Origin: an uncultured Pseudomonadota bacterium
GTDB taxonomy: Bacteria > Pseudomonadota > Alphaproteobacteria > Acetobacterales > Acetobacteraceae
Direction of reading: 5' to 3'
Assembly (NCBI GenBank): GCA_963764525.1
Contig: CAVXTC010000029.1
Location: 143,447-207,446, forward strand
Length of the DNA: 64,000 bases
Part shown: positions 29,047-38,696 of the stretch, one piece after another
Position numbering within the stretch: the stretch's first letter is position 1
Layout of the letters: each line of letters starts with the position of its first letter
Made by a program: the position numbers and the translations under genes
Notes under the pieces: model-generated
Told to the model about the DNA's origin: nothing
Database searches by the model: none
The model's input: the letters and a program-made list of their open reading frames with translations, nothing else

Positions 29047-30108
29047 TTAGCACATCTCGGCCTCCACTTCAACAGCGTTCTCCCCCTCCTCGTCATATCC
29101 CAGCAGGCGCAACGCCCGTCCGGTGATGCCGCGCTGCGTGACCGCGTGGATCAGCGCTTCCTCCCGCCCATGCGTCACCCAGATTTCGGGGGCGCCCACC
29201 TCATCGACCGTGGCATTCAGATCGTTCCAGTCGGCATGGTCGGAGATCACCAGTGGCAGCTCCACGCCCTGCGATTTCGCCCGCTGGCGTACCCGCATCC
29301 AGCCGGAAGCCAGTGCCACGACCGGGTCCGCCAGCCGCCGCGCCCAGCGATCGGCGATCGCCCCAGGCGGCGCCAGCACGATGGCGCCGGTCAGCTCCGC
29401 CTTGGCTGCCCCGGTCGCCGCCCGCAACTCGCCGAGCACAATCCCGCGTGCCTCATAGACCTGGCAGAGCGCCGCCAGTGCTCCATGCAGCCAGATCGGC
29501 CGGTCCCAGCCGGCCTGGCGCAGCAGCGCGATCAGCCGCTGGCACTTGCCCAGTGCGTAACAGCCGACCAGGTGCGTCCGCTCCGGAAACAGTGCGACGC
29601 TGGCGAGCAGCCGGCCGATCTCCTGCTCCGCCGGCGGGTGATGAAAGACCGGCAGCGCGAACGTGGCCTCGGTGACGAACACGTCGCAGGAGACCGGAAT
29701 GAAGCCGGCGCAGGTCGGGTCCGCCTGCCGCTTGTAGTCGCCGCTGACCACCGCGCGGCTGCGGGTTGCCCCCGAGGCGAACTCCATCACCACCTGTGCA
29801 CTGCCGAGCACGTGCCCGGCCGGCTGCAGCCAGACCCGGACGCCGCCGACGTTCAGCGCCTCGCCCCAGGCCGCCGCCTGCTGCACGTCGCCGGCCGCTT
29901 CGCCGAGCCGGGCACGCATCAACGCGAGTGTGTCGGGGCTGGCCAGCACGTGCCGATGGCCGGGGCGGGCGTGATCCGAATGGGCGTGCGTGATCACCGC
30001 ACGATCCACCGCCCGGGTCGGGTCGATGAAAAACCCGCCCGGCTCGCAGAACAGGCCTGCCGGCAGTACCTTCAGCCAGCTTGCGGGATGTGCCACGGAT
30101 ATGCCCAT
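29047..30108 (-). CDS. MBL-fold/beta-CASP exonuclease of the 'ligase-associated DNA damage response' type
   Basis: ..GGFFIDPTRAVDRAVITHAHSDHARPGH.. (HxHxDH metallo-beta-lactamase motif). About 350 aa. Overall pattern matches the family as remembered from its descriptions. Confidence 0.7.
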   Translation of the reverse strand: MGISVAHPASWLKVLPAGLFCEPGGFFIDPTRAVDRAVITHAHSDHARPGHRHVLASPDTLALMRARLGEAAGDVQQAAAWGEALNVGGVRVWLQPAGHVLGSAQVVMEFASGATRSRAVVSGDYKRQADPTCAGFIPVSCDVFVTEATFALPVFHHPPAEQEIGRLLASVALFPERTHLVGCYALGKCQRLIALLRQAGWDRPIWLHGALAALCQVYEARGIVLGELRAATGAAKAELTGAIVLAPPGAIADRWARRLADPVVALASGWMRVRQRAKSQGVELPLVISDHADWNDLNATVDEVGAPEIWVTHGREEALIHAVTQRGITGRALRLLGYDEEGENAVEVEAEMC

Positions 30109-30152
30109 TCCAGACGCATCTACCGGATGCTTGTAACCCCTGACCCTCGCTC

Positions 30153-30180
30153 GCCATTCCCGCGAAAGCGGGAACCAGGC
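30153..30180. repeat. REP-like repeat, family A (single copy)
   Basis: gccattcccgcgaaagcgggaaccaggc. Confidence 0.65.
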
Positions 30181-30302
30181 TTGCCTGCACGACCGAACCA
30201 GCCTGTGGATACCCGCTACTGACCTTCGCCGTCGATCCTTCCCGCGCCAGGTGTGACGTCCGGCTGGATTGCCTCAGACCAGGAAAGCTGGTCAGACGTT
30301 TT

Positions 30303-30373
30303 GACCGCAGATGCACACAGATGCATCGCGCGGCTCGGTTTTATCTGTGCTGCATCTGTGTGCATCTGCGGTC
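30303..30373 (+). other. 23-bp perfect inverted repeat with 25-nt spacer followed by a T-tract (terminator-like or sRNA 3' end) in a 470-bp intergenic region
   Basis: gaccgcagatgcacacagatgca (30303-30325) .. tgcatctgtgtgcatctgcggtc (30351-30373), then aaTTTTTTcg. No + strand CDS lies upstream of it. Confidence 0.5.
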
Positions 30374-30575
30374 AATTTTTTCGTGGCGCTTCGCGCGTGC
30401 TCGGTTCTGCGGGCGGAAAACCAATCCCGCCAGCCCGCACCTCGTACCAGGCGCCGACAGGACACACCTCCCGACGTCATGCCCGCGAAGCTTGGTATTG
30501 TGATTCGATCCGTCCACCGGTGCTATCCTCTGCTGCCAACAGAACGATAGATCGCCGGTCTCGGCTCCCCCCGGC

Positions 30576-32177
30576 TCAAACCGCCGCCACGTAGCCGTCG
30601 CGTCGCGGGTCCGCCGCGCCGATCATTACCCCGGTTTCCGCATCGACCGCGATCGCCTGCATCCCGCCGACCGCCATGGTCCACGCCATCGGCGCCTCGA
30701 TGTCGTGGCCGCGCGCGCGAAGCGCCGCTATCGTTGCATCCGATACCCGCGCTTCCATCTGCACCTTGCGGCCGTCGGTCAACCTCGCGCGCGGCGCCTC
30801 GATCGCCTGTTGCAGCGGCAGACCGAAATCCACGTGCTGCACCATGGCCTGCGGTTGCGTCTGACAGATGCCGTAGCTGCCGGGCGTCCCCAACGCCAGC
30901 GCCAGCCGGCCGGCACGCGTGCTGATGGTCGGCGCTATCGGCAGCGCGAGCGGCCCGCCGCCTTTCATGTGGTTCGTGCCGCGCGGATCGATCTCCCCCC
31001 AATACAGGAAGTTGTTCAGGCAAACGCCGGTGCCGGGAACCACCACGCCGCAGCCGAACTTGGCGCCCAGGCTCTGGGTGATGCACACCGCGTTGCCCTC
31101 GGCATCGGCTACCGACAGCGATGTGGTGTGCTGCATCAGCGTGCTGCCGTTTTGCGATTCCATCCACTGTTCGGTCGGCCCGTCGATCGGCACGCCATCC
31201 CGCACACGCCGGCGAAGCCGCGCGACCGTTTCGTCTGACATGACGTGCAGCAGCCGCTCGGGCGACGGATTGTCGTTGGCGATCCGCACGCCGGCAGCAA
31301 GCCGGATCGCTCGCAGCACGGTGTCGAGGTGCTCGACGCCGTCGCGTTCCATCGCCACAAGCTCGAAGCCTTCCAGGATGCGCAGCGTCAGCAGGTGCTG
31401 GAAGCCCTGACACGGCGGTGGCAGCGTATGGACCAGCAGGCCGCGATACCAAGCGGCGACCGGCTCCAGCCAGCGGGGCCGCACCGCTGTCAGGTCCGCC
31501 GGCGTCAGGCAGCCGCCGAGCCGTCGCACATGCTCGACCAGCGCCGCACCCAGCGCGCCTTCATACAAATGGGCCGGGCCGTCGCGGACGATCGCTTCCA
31601 GCGTGCGCGCCAGATCAGGTTGCCGCAGGACCGCCCCGCCCGTCACCCGCCCGGCGCCGCCGGTGTAGGTACCCGACCACGCCGCGTACAGTGCGTCGTG
31701 CGGCTTGATCTCCAGGCCGGCATCATTGATGGCAGCAGCATTGAACCCGGTCAGCGGGAAGCCATCGCGCGCCAGGCGGATCGCCGGCGCGAACACCGCG
31801 GACAGGTTTTTGCGTCCGTGCGCGCGCACCAGCTCGCACCAGCCGGCCAGATTGCCCGGCGCGCCGGTGGCAAGCGGACCGTGCGCCAGATCCTCGCGCC
31901 GACGGAATCGGTCGGTGGTGAATTCCGCCGGAACGCGGGTGATGAAGTCGAGCGTGCGGACCGCGGATTCGGACGCCACATAGCAGCTCGCCATTCCCAT
32001 TCCGGCGAGGCCCGACATGTACGGCTCCACCACGTTCAGCGCGGCCGCCGTCGCCGCCGCCGCATCGAACGCATTGCCGCCGTCGGCCAGCACGAACGCC
32101 CCCGCCTGTGCGGCCAACGGGTGCGCTGCGGCAACCATTCCGTGCAACGAGGCGATCGTCGGGCGCTTGCCGTCCAT
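30576..32177 (-). CDS. ggt: gamma-glutamyltransferase
   Basis: ..GMVAAAHPLAAQAGAFVLADGGNAFDAAAATAAALNVVEP.. and the autoprocessing region ..MQHTTSLSVADAEGNAVCITQSLG... ATG 32175-32177 after GGAGGA. Confidence 0.9.
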   Translation of the reverse strand: MDGKRPTIASLHGMVAAAHPLAAQAGAFVLADGGNAFDAAAATAAALNVVEPYMSGLAGMGMASCYVASESAVRTLDFITRVPAEFTTDRFRRREDLAHGPLATGAPGNLAGWCELVRAHGRKNLSAVFAPAIRLARDGFPLTGFNAAAINDAGLEIKPHDALYAAWSGTYTGGAGRVTGGAVLRQPDLARTLEAIVRDGPAHLYEGALGAALVEHVRRLGGCLTPADLTAVRPRWLEPVAAWYRGLLVHTLPPPCQGFQHLLTLRILEGFELVAMERDGVEHLDTVLRAIRLAAGVRIANDNPSPERLLHVMSDETVARLRRRVRDGVPIDGPTEQWMESQNGSTLMQHTTSLSVADAEGNAVCITQSLGAKFGCGVVVPGTGVCLNNFLYWGEIDPRGTNHMKGGGPLALPIAPTISTRAGRLALALGTPGSYGICQTQPQAMVQHVDFGLPLQQAIEAPRARLTDGRKVQMEARVSDATIAALRARGHDIEAPMAWTMAVGGMQAIAVDAETGVMIGAADPRRDGYVAAV

Positions 32178-32344
32178 TCCTGGGTCCTCCGCTCCGTGGC
32201 GCAGCACATTTCCGCCGCACCCCCACCACAGTTAATCCCATGCCGGTGCCAGCGCAAAAAAGCACGCCGCAGAGCTCAACCGGAAACTTGACGCCCTGAA
32301 GGACCCGCCGGAAAGTCCGCTCAACAGCAATAGGGACGCGGACG

Positions 32345-33990
32345 ATGGTGCTTTTTTGTCATGACCGCGAAAGCAGGCATCCAGGACGGTCAGACTTGGC
32401 GTTATGGAAGGCCGACCATCCACGTCTCACTGCGGCAACGACGGTCGGAGTTGCCGTCGCCCTCGCGCTCAGCGCCGCTCCGGCACAGGCGCGGTTCGTC
32501 TGCCCGCGTGTCGGCGGCAATTTCACCTTCGCCCAAAGCGCCAATGTGAACGGGCTGGACATGATGACCTCCAGCGCGGTGTCCACGCGCAACATCGTCA
32601 TGAACGTGTTCGAGACCCTGATCACCCGCGACGACAACAACCATCCGATCCCGGAGCTCGCGGATTCCGTAACAGAATCACCCGATCACCTGACCTTCAC
32701 GTTCAGGCTCCGGCAAGGCGTGAAGTTTCACAATGGCAAGGTGATGACCTCGGCCGATGTCGTGGCCTCGGTACGACCGCTACAAACGGGTCGGATTGCA
32801 GCGCAGTACGTTCGACAACGTCGATCACTGGGACGCGCCGGATGCGGAAACATTCGTGATCCATCTGAAACAGGTTCAGCCGACCTTCATCGAGCAACTG
32901 AGTTCGTTCGCCGTCCCCATCGTCATCATCCCCGCCGAGGACAAGGATGACCCGCCCCAGCAACTGAAGACGATCGGCACCGGCCCATGGCAGATGGTGG
33001 AGTACGTGCCGGGCGGCTACGTGAAGCTCAAACGCTTCGCGGACTACACTCCGAACACCAACTACGACGACCGGACCGGCTTCGGCGGCTACAAGCAGGC
33101 CTGCTTCGATACGGTGGCGTTCCGTATCGTCACCGAGCCCGGTGCCCGCGTCTCCGGTCTGCAGACCGGCGAATTGCAAGGCGCGGAAGACGTTCCCGCC
33201 AAGGCGCTGAATACGCTGAAGCACGACAAGAACATCACCCTGATCCCGATCCAGAACTGGTCGATCCTGATCGCCTATGCCAACCTGTCGCAGCCGCCGA
33301 CCGACAACCTGATGTTTCGCAAGGCGGTGCAGGCGGCGCTCAATATGGACGAGGTCATGGACGCCGCCACCGACGGCAATTACCGGCTGAACGTCGGCTT
33401 CCAGTACCCCAACCAGTCCACTTACACCGACGCCGGAAAGGCGACGTACAACATCCACGACCCGGCGCGTGCGAAGCAGTACCTTCAGCAGGCCGGCTAC
33501 AAGGGCGAGCCGATCACTCTGCTGACCAACAAGGATTACACCTACATGTATAACGCCTCGGTCGTGATGGCAGAGCAGTTGAAGGATGCCGGTATCAATG
33601 CGCAGCTCAAGGTGGTGGATTGGCCGACCGCGGTCGCCATGCGCCAGAAGGCGGATTTCGGGCTGGAATTATTTCTACACCGGCTGGGGCACCGAACCTT
33701 CGCTGGGGCCGATCCCGACCATGCAGGTGCTGGTGCCGCCGAATCCGGTCTATTCGCCGAAGCCCGGGCAGTACGACCGCGACCTGGTCGCCGACTTCAA
33801 GGACATGAACATGCTGCCGACGGCGGAAGGCCGGCAGGACGCGTTCGCGCGCATGCAGAAACGAACGCTCGATCAGGCTTATGTGGTGCCATTCGGCTCG
33901 ATCACCATGGTGGAAGCGGTGCGATCCAACGTGAAAGGTTTCAAACCGTTCCGCATCCCGCGGGTGTCCAACGTGTGGTTTGGCGACTGA
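32345..33990 (+). pseudogene. ABC transporter substrate-binding protein, family 5 (peptide/nickel type), two frame shifts
   Basis: ..MTSSAVSTRNIVMNVFETLITRDDNNHPIPELADS..FHNGKVMTSADVVAS.. (ORF 32345..32950). Continues in 32757..34034 (..GTGPWQMVEYVPGGYVKLKRF..) and 33586..33990 (..WNYFYTGWGTEP..). Shifts occur near ~32770 and ~33665. Confidence 0.75.
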
Positions 33991-34014
33991 TCCATTGCCC
34001 GCCACGTGGCGATT

Positions 34015-35469
34015 TCACCCCGCCCGGCGCGTGACCAGCCGCCCGCCGCGCGCCGCCGTCGCACCTTGCCCGTGCACGAACGCCGACTGACCGTTCACCC
34101 ACGTCTCCAATATCCCGTCGGCTGGTTTCGTCGGCTCCTGAAACGTCGCGGCGTCGCGCACCGTGCCGGGATCGAACAGCACCAGGTCGGCGAACGCGCC
34201 GGCGCGGATCACGCCACGATCGGTCAGCCCGAACACCTCCGCGGTGTGGCCGGTCATTTTGCGCACCGCCTGTTCCATGCTGAACAACCCCAGCTCGCGC
34301 GCGTAATGGCCGAGCACGCGGGGGAACGTGCCCCACAGCCGAGGATGCGGGAACGCATCGTGCGGCAGGCCGTCGCTACCGATCATTGCCAGCCGGTGCG
34401 CCATGATCCGCTGCACGTCGGCCTCATCCATCTGGAAGAAGATCGCCCCGGCCGGCAACAGCCGCTCGGCTGCCTCGCGCGCCGTACATTTCCAAGCGCG
34501 GGCGATGTCGTCCAGCATCCGGCCGGCCAGTTCCGGATGCGGCACCGACCAGGTGATCTGCACCGGCACCTCCGGGCGCAGCCGCTCGGGCATCAGCACG
34601 GTGGAACCGGCGGCGTACGGATAGACATCGAAATTGACAGACTGCTCCGCGGCACCCGCATCGATGCGCGGCAGCGACTTCACCGAGCGGCCGTAATTCT
34701 CCGGCATCGCGCATTTATGGTGGCTGATCACCACAGGCGCATTCACCGAGCGGCCGATCTTCAGCGTCTCCTCGATCGAGGCCAGCACGTCATCCGCCTC
34801 ATCGCGCATGTGCGTGACATACAGGCCGCCGGAGTAGCGCAGTGCTTCGGCGACCGCGATCACCTCGTCGGTCGGCGCCATCATACTGGGCGGATAATAC
34901 AGCCCGGTGGAAAAGCCGGACGCCCCCTGCGCCAGCGCCTCCGTCAGTCGCCGGCGCATCTGTTCGGCTTCGCGATCGGTTGCGGGGCGGTTGGTGTCGC
35001 CGTTCATCGCTTCCACCCGCAACGACATGTGCCCGATCAGGGCCACCGTGTTCACCGGTGACGGATCGCGCGCCAGCCGTTCCGCGTACTCGCCGAAGCT
35101 GCCGAATACCCACCACGATTCGTCGCCCAGCAGATCGAGCGGCGGGATCGGCCGCGTCTGCATCCGTACCGGCGACAGGCTGATCCCGCAATTGCCGACC
35201 ACCACGGTGGTGACGCCCTGCGACATCTTGCACAGCATGCAGGCCGGGCCGCACAGCACCGCGCGATCATCGTGCGTGTGGGCGTCGATGAAGCCAGGCG
35301 CGACGGCGCGGCCGGTGGCGACGACCTCGCGGTCGGCGCTGGCCGCCCCGAGGTCGCCGACCGCGGCGATGCGATCGCCGGTGACGCCGATATCGGCCGT
35401 GAAGCGAGCGGCGCCGCTGCCGTCGAACACGGTGGCATCACGAATGATCAGGTCGCAGCGCAGCGCCAT
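34015..35469 (-). CDS. N-acyl-D-amino-acid deacylase (D-aminoacylase) family amidohydrolase
   Basis: MALRCDLIIRDATVFDGSGAARFTADIGVTGDRIAAVGDLG..APGFIDAHTHDD... ATG 35467-35469 after AGGAGA. Confidence 0.85.
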   Translation of the reverse strand: MALRCDLIIRDATVFDGSGAARFTADIGVTGDRIAAVGDLGAASADREVVATGRAVAPGFIDAHTHDDRAVLCGPACMLCKMSQGVTTVVVGNCGISLSPVRMQTRPIPPLDLLGDESWWVFGSFGEYAERLARDPSPVNTVALIGHMSLRVEAMNGDTNRPATDREAEQMRRRLTEALAQGASGFSTGLYYPPSMMAPTDEVIAVAEALRYSGGLYVTHMRDEADDVLASIEETLKIGRSVNAPVVISHHKCAMPENYGRSVKSLPRIDAGAAEQSVNFDVYPYAAGSTVLMPERLRPEVPVQITWSVPHPELAGRMLDDIARAWKCTAREAAERLLPAGAIFFQMDEADVQRIMAHRLAMIGSDGLPHDAFPHPRLWGTFPRVLGHYARELGLFSMEQAVRKMTGHTAEVFGLTDRGVIRAGAFADLVLFDPGTVRDAATFQEPTKPADGILETWVNGQSAFVHGQGATAARGGRLVTRRAG

Positions 35470-36151
35470 GGTGGTCTCCTTCCCGGGGTGGGGTCCCCAG
35501 GTATGAGGCACGCCGGCGCCGATCTCAACACTGGCTGATGAATGGTTGGGGCGAGATGTATATCTGAGGCCGCCCGTTAACGGGGTGCATGATACCGACC
35601 CCCCTCCAAAATTCCCCACTTACCGAACTCGGAACGAAGTTCTCTGTCACGTCCACCGGTTGCAACCAGTGAATCCCCCGGGACTGGCATCGGATCTTTT
35701 ATCGGCGCTCTCGCCGGACTCCGCTCCTTAAGGGGACGAGTGTCGGGTTCGGCCCAGATCTCGTGCGACCGGTTGTCCCGCGGAATTGCTGATTGCTCTC
35801 ACGCGGGCCGGAGCAAGCGCCGGCTGCCGACGGGGCATGCCGGTCCGGAATCGGCTCGGGTCTGGGCTGCGGATGGGGACCGTTTCAGGCATCGACTCCC
35901 CGAATTGCTCGGACTTCCCGGGCTGCGACTGATGTCAACTGCGGCACCGCCCCGACTCCGCCGCCATGGTCTGATCTGGTTCCTTTGGTGACGATCGGTC
36001 GCGCCGGCTCTGGTGACGGCGTCTGTGGTGGACGATCGGCCGTGACCAGTAACGCGCTTTATGGAAAGTCGTCGTGCCGAGCTGGCCACGGTGTCGGTCC
36101 CGGATTAGTCTGGAGTCTTCGATCTCGTCGACCTTGCCAGGGAGTGAGACA

Positions 36152-37354
36152 ATGATCGCGAGAATACTGGGCGTCGTCGTTGTCCTGGCTTGCTCAGCCG
36201 GCAGCGCCATGGCCGCGTCCGCGCCAGCTCTCAAGCCGATCGATCCGGTCGCGCTTCAGGCCACCGTGGAACGGCTGGCCAAGGAGCTCCTGCTGCCGGG
36301 TGCCATGGTTCTCCTGAAAACTCCGCCGGGTGATTTCGTTTTTGGGTACGGCACAACCAAGCTCGGCATCACGAATCGACCACGTGCCAATACGCACTTC
36401 CGGGCCGCCTCGAATACCAAGACGATGACGGCCGCCGTGATCGTGCAACTGGCCCAGGAAGGAAAGTTACGCTTCGACGATCCGATCTCGAAGTATGTTC
36501 AAGACGTTCCAAACGGAGACAACATCACCATTGGCGAGCTGCTTAGAATGCGGAGCGGCCTTTATGATTACACAAACGCACCGGAACTTGCGGAAAGCCT
36601 TGATCATGACCCAGGAAAGGTTTGGACCTCGGAGGAGCTGCGCGGCATCGCGTTCAAACGCCCGCCGCTATTCGCTCCGGGCGCGGAATTCGACTATTGC
36701 AACGCTAACTATCTCCTGCTTGGTCTCGTTGCCGAAAAGGTTGAAGGCCAGCCTTTGGCAAGCATCTTTCAGAACCGTTTGTTCGGGCCTCTTGGCATGA
36801 AGAACACGTTGCTGCCGGCCAGCACGTCGAACGCCATCCCCGAGCCTTACTCACATGGTTACCTTTACGGCAGTTCCTCATACGCCTTGGTGGATGCGCC
36901 TTATCCAACCGATCTTCAGGCTGCGGCCAAGGCGGGAACGCTCAAGCCCAATGACGATACATCGCAGAATCCCTCCTACGCCTTTGCGGCGGGTGGGGTC
37001 ATCTCTACCGCGGATGACCTGGCGACCTGGATGCGCGCGCTGGTCGGGGGCAAGGTTTTCAATGCCGACTATCAGCGCCAATGGATGGAAAGCCCCAAAG
37101 CCCAGGATCCAAGTAATCCTAAAGGTCAACGGTATGGCTATGGTATCTCTCTGATCACCTTCGGGCCGAACAAAGTGTATTTTCACGGTGGCGAGATGCC
37201 TGGCTACAACTCCTTCATGGGCTACGATCCAGATAATGATGTCACGCTGATCGTGTGGACCAGCCTGACCCTGTCGCTTGATGGCCTGCCAACCGCCAAC
37301 ACCTTGATGCTAAAGATACTGGACCAAATTTATACGGTATCACCGCGTCAGTAG
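36152..37354 (+). CDS. serine hydrolase (beta-lactamase/DD-peptidase family), secreted
   Basis: Signal peptide MIARILGVVVVLACSAGSAMA. SxxK active-site motif in RAASNTKTMTAAVIVQL. This is where GC begins to drop. Confidence 0.8.
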   Translation: MIARILGVVVVLACSAGSAMAASAPALKPIDPVALQATVERLAKELLLPGAMVLLKTPPGDFVFGYGTTKLGITNRPRANTHFRAASNTKTMTAAVIVQLAQEGKLRFDDPISKYVQDVPNGDNITIGELLRMRSGLYDYTNAPELAESLDHDPGKVWTSEELRGIAFKRPPLFAPGAEFDYCNANYLLLGLVAEKVEGQPLASIFQNRLFGPLGMKNTLLPASTSNAIPEPYSHGYLYGSSSYALVDAPYPTDLQAAAKAGTLKPNDDTSQNPSYAFAAGGVISTADDLATWMRALVGGKVFNADYQRQWMESPKAQDPSNPKGQRYGYGISLITFGPNKVYFHGGEMPGYNSFMGYDPDNDVTLIVWTSLTLSLDGLPTANTLMLKILDQIYTVSPRQ

Positions 37355-37361
37355 AGGCGCC

Positions 37362-37440
37362 ATGCGGCGTGAACTCAGCGACCACGAATGGAGTGTCATC
37401 AGGCCGATGCTCCCGGCCACGCCCCCGGGACTCGGACGAG
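37362..37440 (+). mobile_element. IS5-family (IS427-group-like) transposase N-terminal remnant
   Basis: MRRELSDHEWSVIRPMLPA.P.G.. matches the characteristic N-terminus M(R)RxELSDxEWxxIxPLLPxKPRG of these transposases. It breaks off after about 25 codons. Confidence 0.45.
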
Positions 37441-37453
37441 GGCGTGCACAAGC

Positions 37454-37609
37454 CTTGCAGACCGTGTGAAAACACGACCGTCGCCTGGCGCGACGAAACA
37501 TTGATTTGCCGCGCCGGGGGCGCACGAACGGAAGATTTAAAACTGGACCCCACGAAGCAGCGCAAATGCTCGTTGCCGTTACGGTCCGGAGTTTCCACAC
37601 GGTCTGCTT
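37454..37609. repeat. 156-bp MITE-like element, copy A (terminal inverted repeats gcagaccgtgtgaaaac / gtttccacacggtctgc)
   Basis: The ends cttgcagaccgtgtgaaaacacg .. ttgccgttacggtccggagtttccacacggtctgctt are nearly identical to copy B at 39479-39634. The interiors have diverged. Confidence 0.6.
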
Positions 37610-37658
37610 AATTTATGCGCAGACCCATCTGCGAAGACGAGTGCCGTCATTGCGGCGA

Positions 37659-38578
37659 TCAAAACACAACGTTCCAATCCTGCTTCATGCTCACGACGGT
37701 GATGCCGTAGTCCTGAGCCTTGTCGAGCGCCTCGGACAACGGGCTCAACCGGAACTCTCGGTCGTAGGCCGCCTCCCGGGCTGCGTCGTCATGGTGGAGA
37801 AGCAACGCGAGCCGAGGCCCTGAGCCGGACTTCGTGTAACGCATCATGGCGAGATCACCGTCGGAATTGCCGAACGCCAATAGTGGTCTACGGCCGATAT
37901 GCAGGCCGATGTTCAGTGCCTTCACGTTCCCGATCGCCAAAGCTGTTGAGCTCCGGCAGCTTCACGAGCGAAACCCGGTTGTCTCTCAAATCGTAGCGCA
38001 GTTTCACACTGGAACCGATCACCTGCTCGCGTGGGATGCCGTAAACTTCCTCCGCGAACGCGCGCATGAAGTCCACGCCGCCTGCCGACACGATATAGGT
38101 CTTGAAGCCGTTCTCCCGTAAGTATGCGAGCAGCTCGACCTGCGGCCGATTAGGTGCATTCCTTGAACAGCCGGCCGAACTTGGGATGCCTCGCCGTCGC
38201 TAACCATCCGCTCGCAGCTTGCTCAAAGTCCTCATCGGTTATGCCCGCATGGGTGGCGAAAGCCAGCTCGAACAGCGCCTGTTTGCCGAGTCCAAAAAGC
38301 GTATTGTAATCGTGTTCGAGCACGGCCTTGAATGGTTGACGCTCGCTCATTGTCGGGTCCTTGCCCGACAACTGCTTCACGCGATCAAAGGCGAAAAAGA
38401 ACTGTATCTGAAGCGGCTGCTTGCACCAGAGTGTCCCGTCGTTGTCAAACGTGGCAATGCGCCCGGCTGGCGGCACATATTCGGTGCCTCCTTGCTTTGT
38501 CACACGCGCGACAAAGTCGAGGATCGCGGATTTCGCCGCGCTGTCATTCCACGAGAGGAGTGACTGACCATCCTGCAT
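37659..38578 (-). pseudogene. HAD-superfamily hydrolase (PF12710-like phosphatase), two frame shifts
   Basis: Motif I ..ATFDNDGTLW.. (ORF 38150..39028, from MQDGQS at 38578). Then ..IVSAGGVDFMRAFAEEVYGIP.. (37888..38091) and ..LLAFGNSDGDLAMM.. (37659..37940). Shifts occur near ~38150 and ~37920. Confidence 0.7.
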
Positions 38579-38696
38579 TGATGCCTCCAGTCCAGAGGTG
38601 GCTCGAAGCCTCCACAGAAAGGAGTGGTTTGACACCAAGTCAAGAAGGCCGCTAGTGCCAACCACCCCTACGTCGACACCCAAGGGAGGACGGAAC

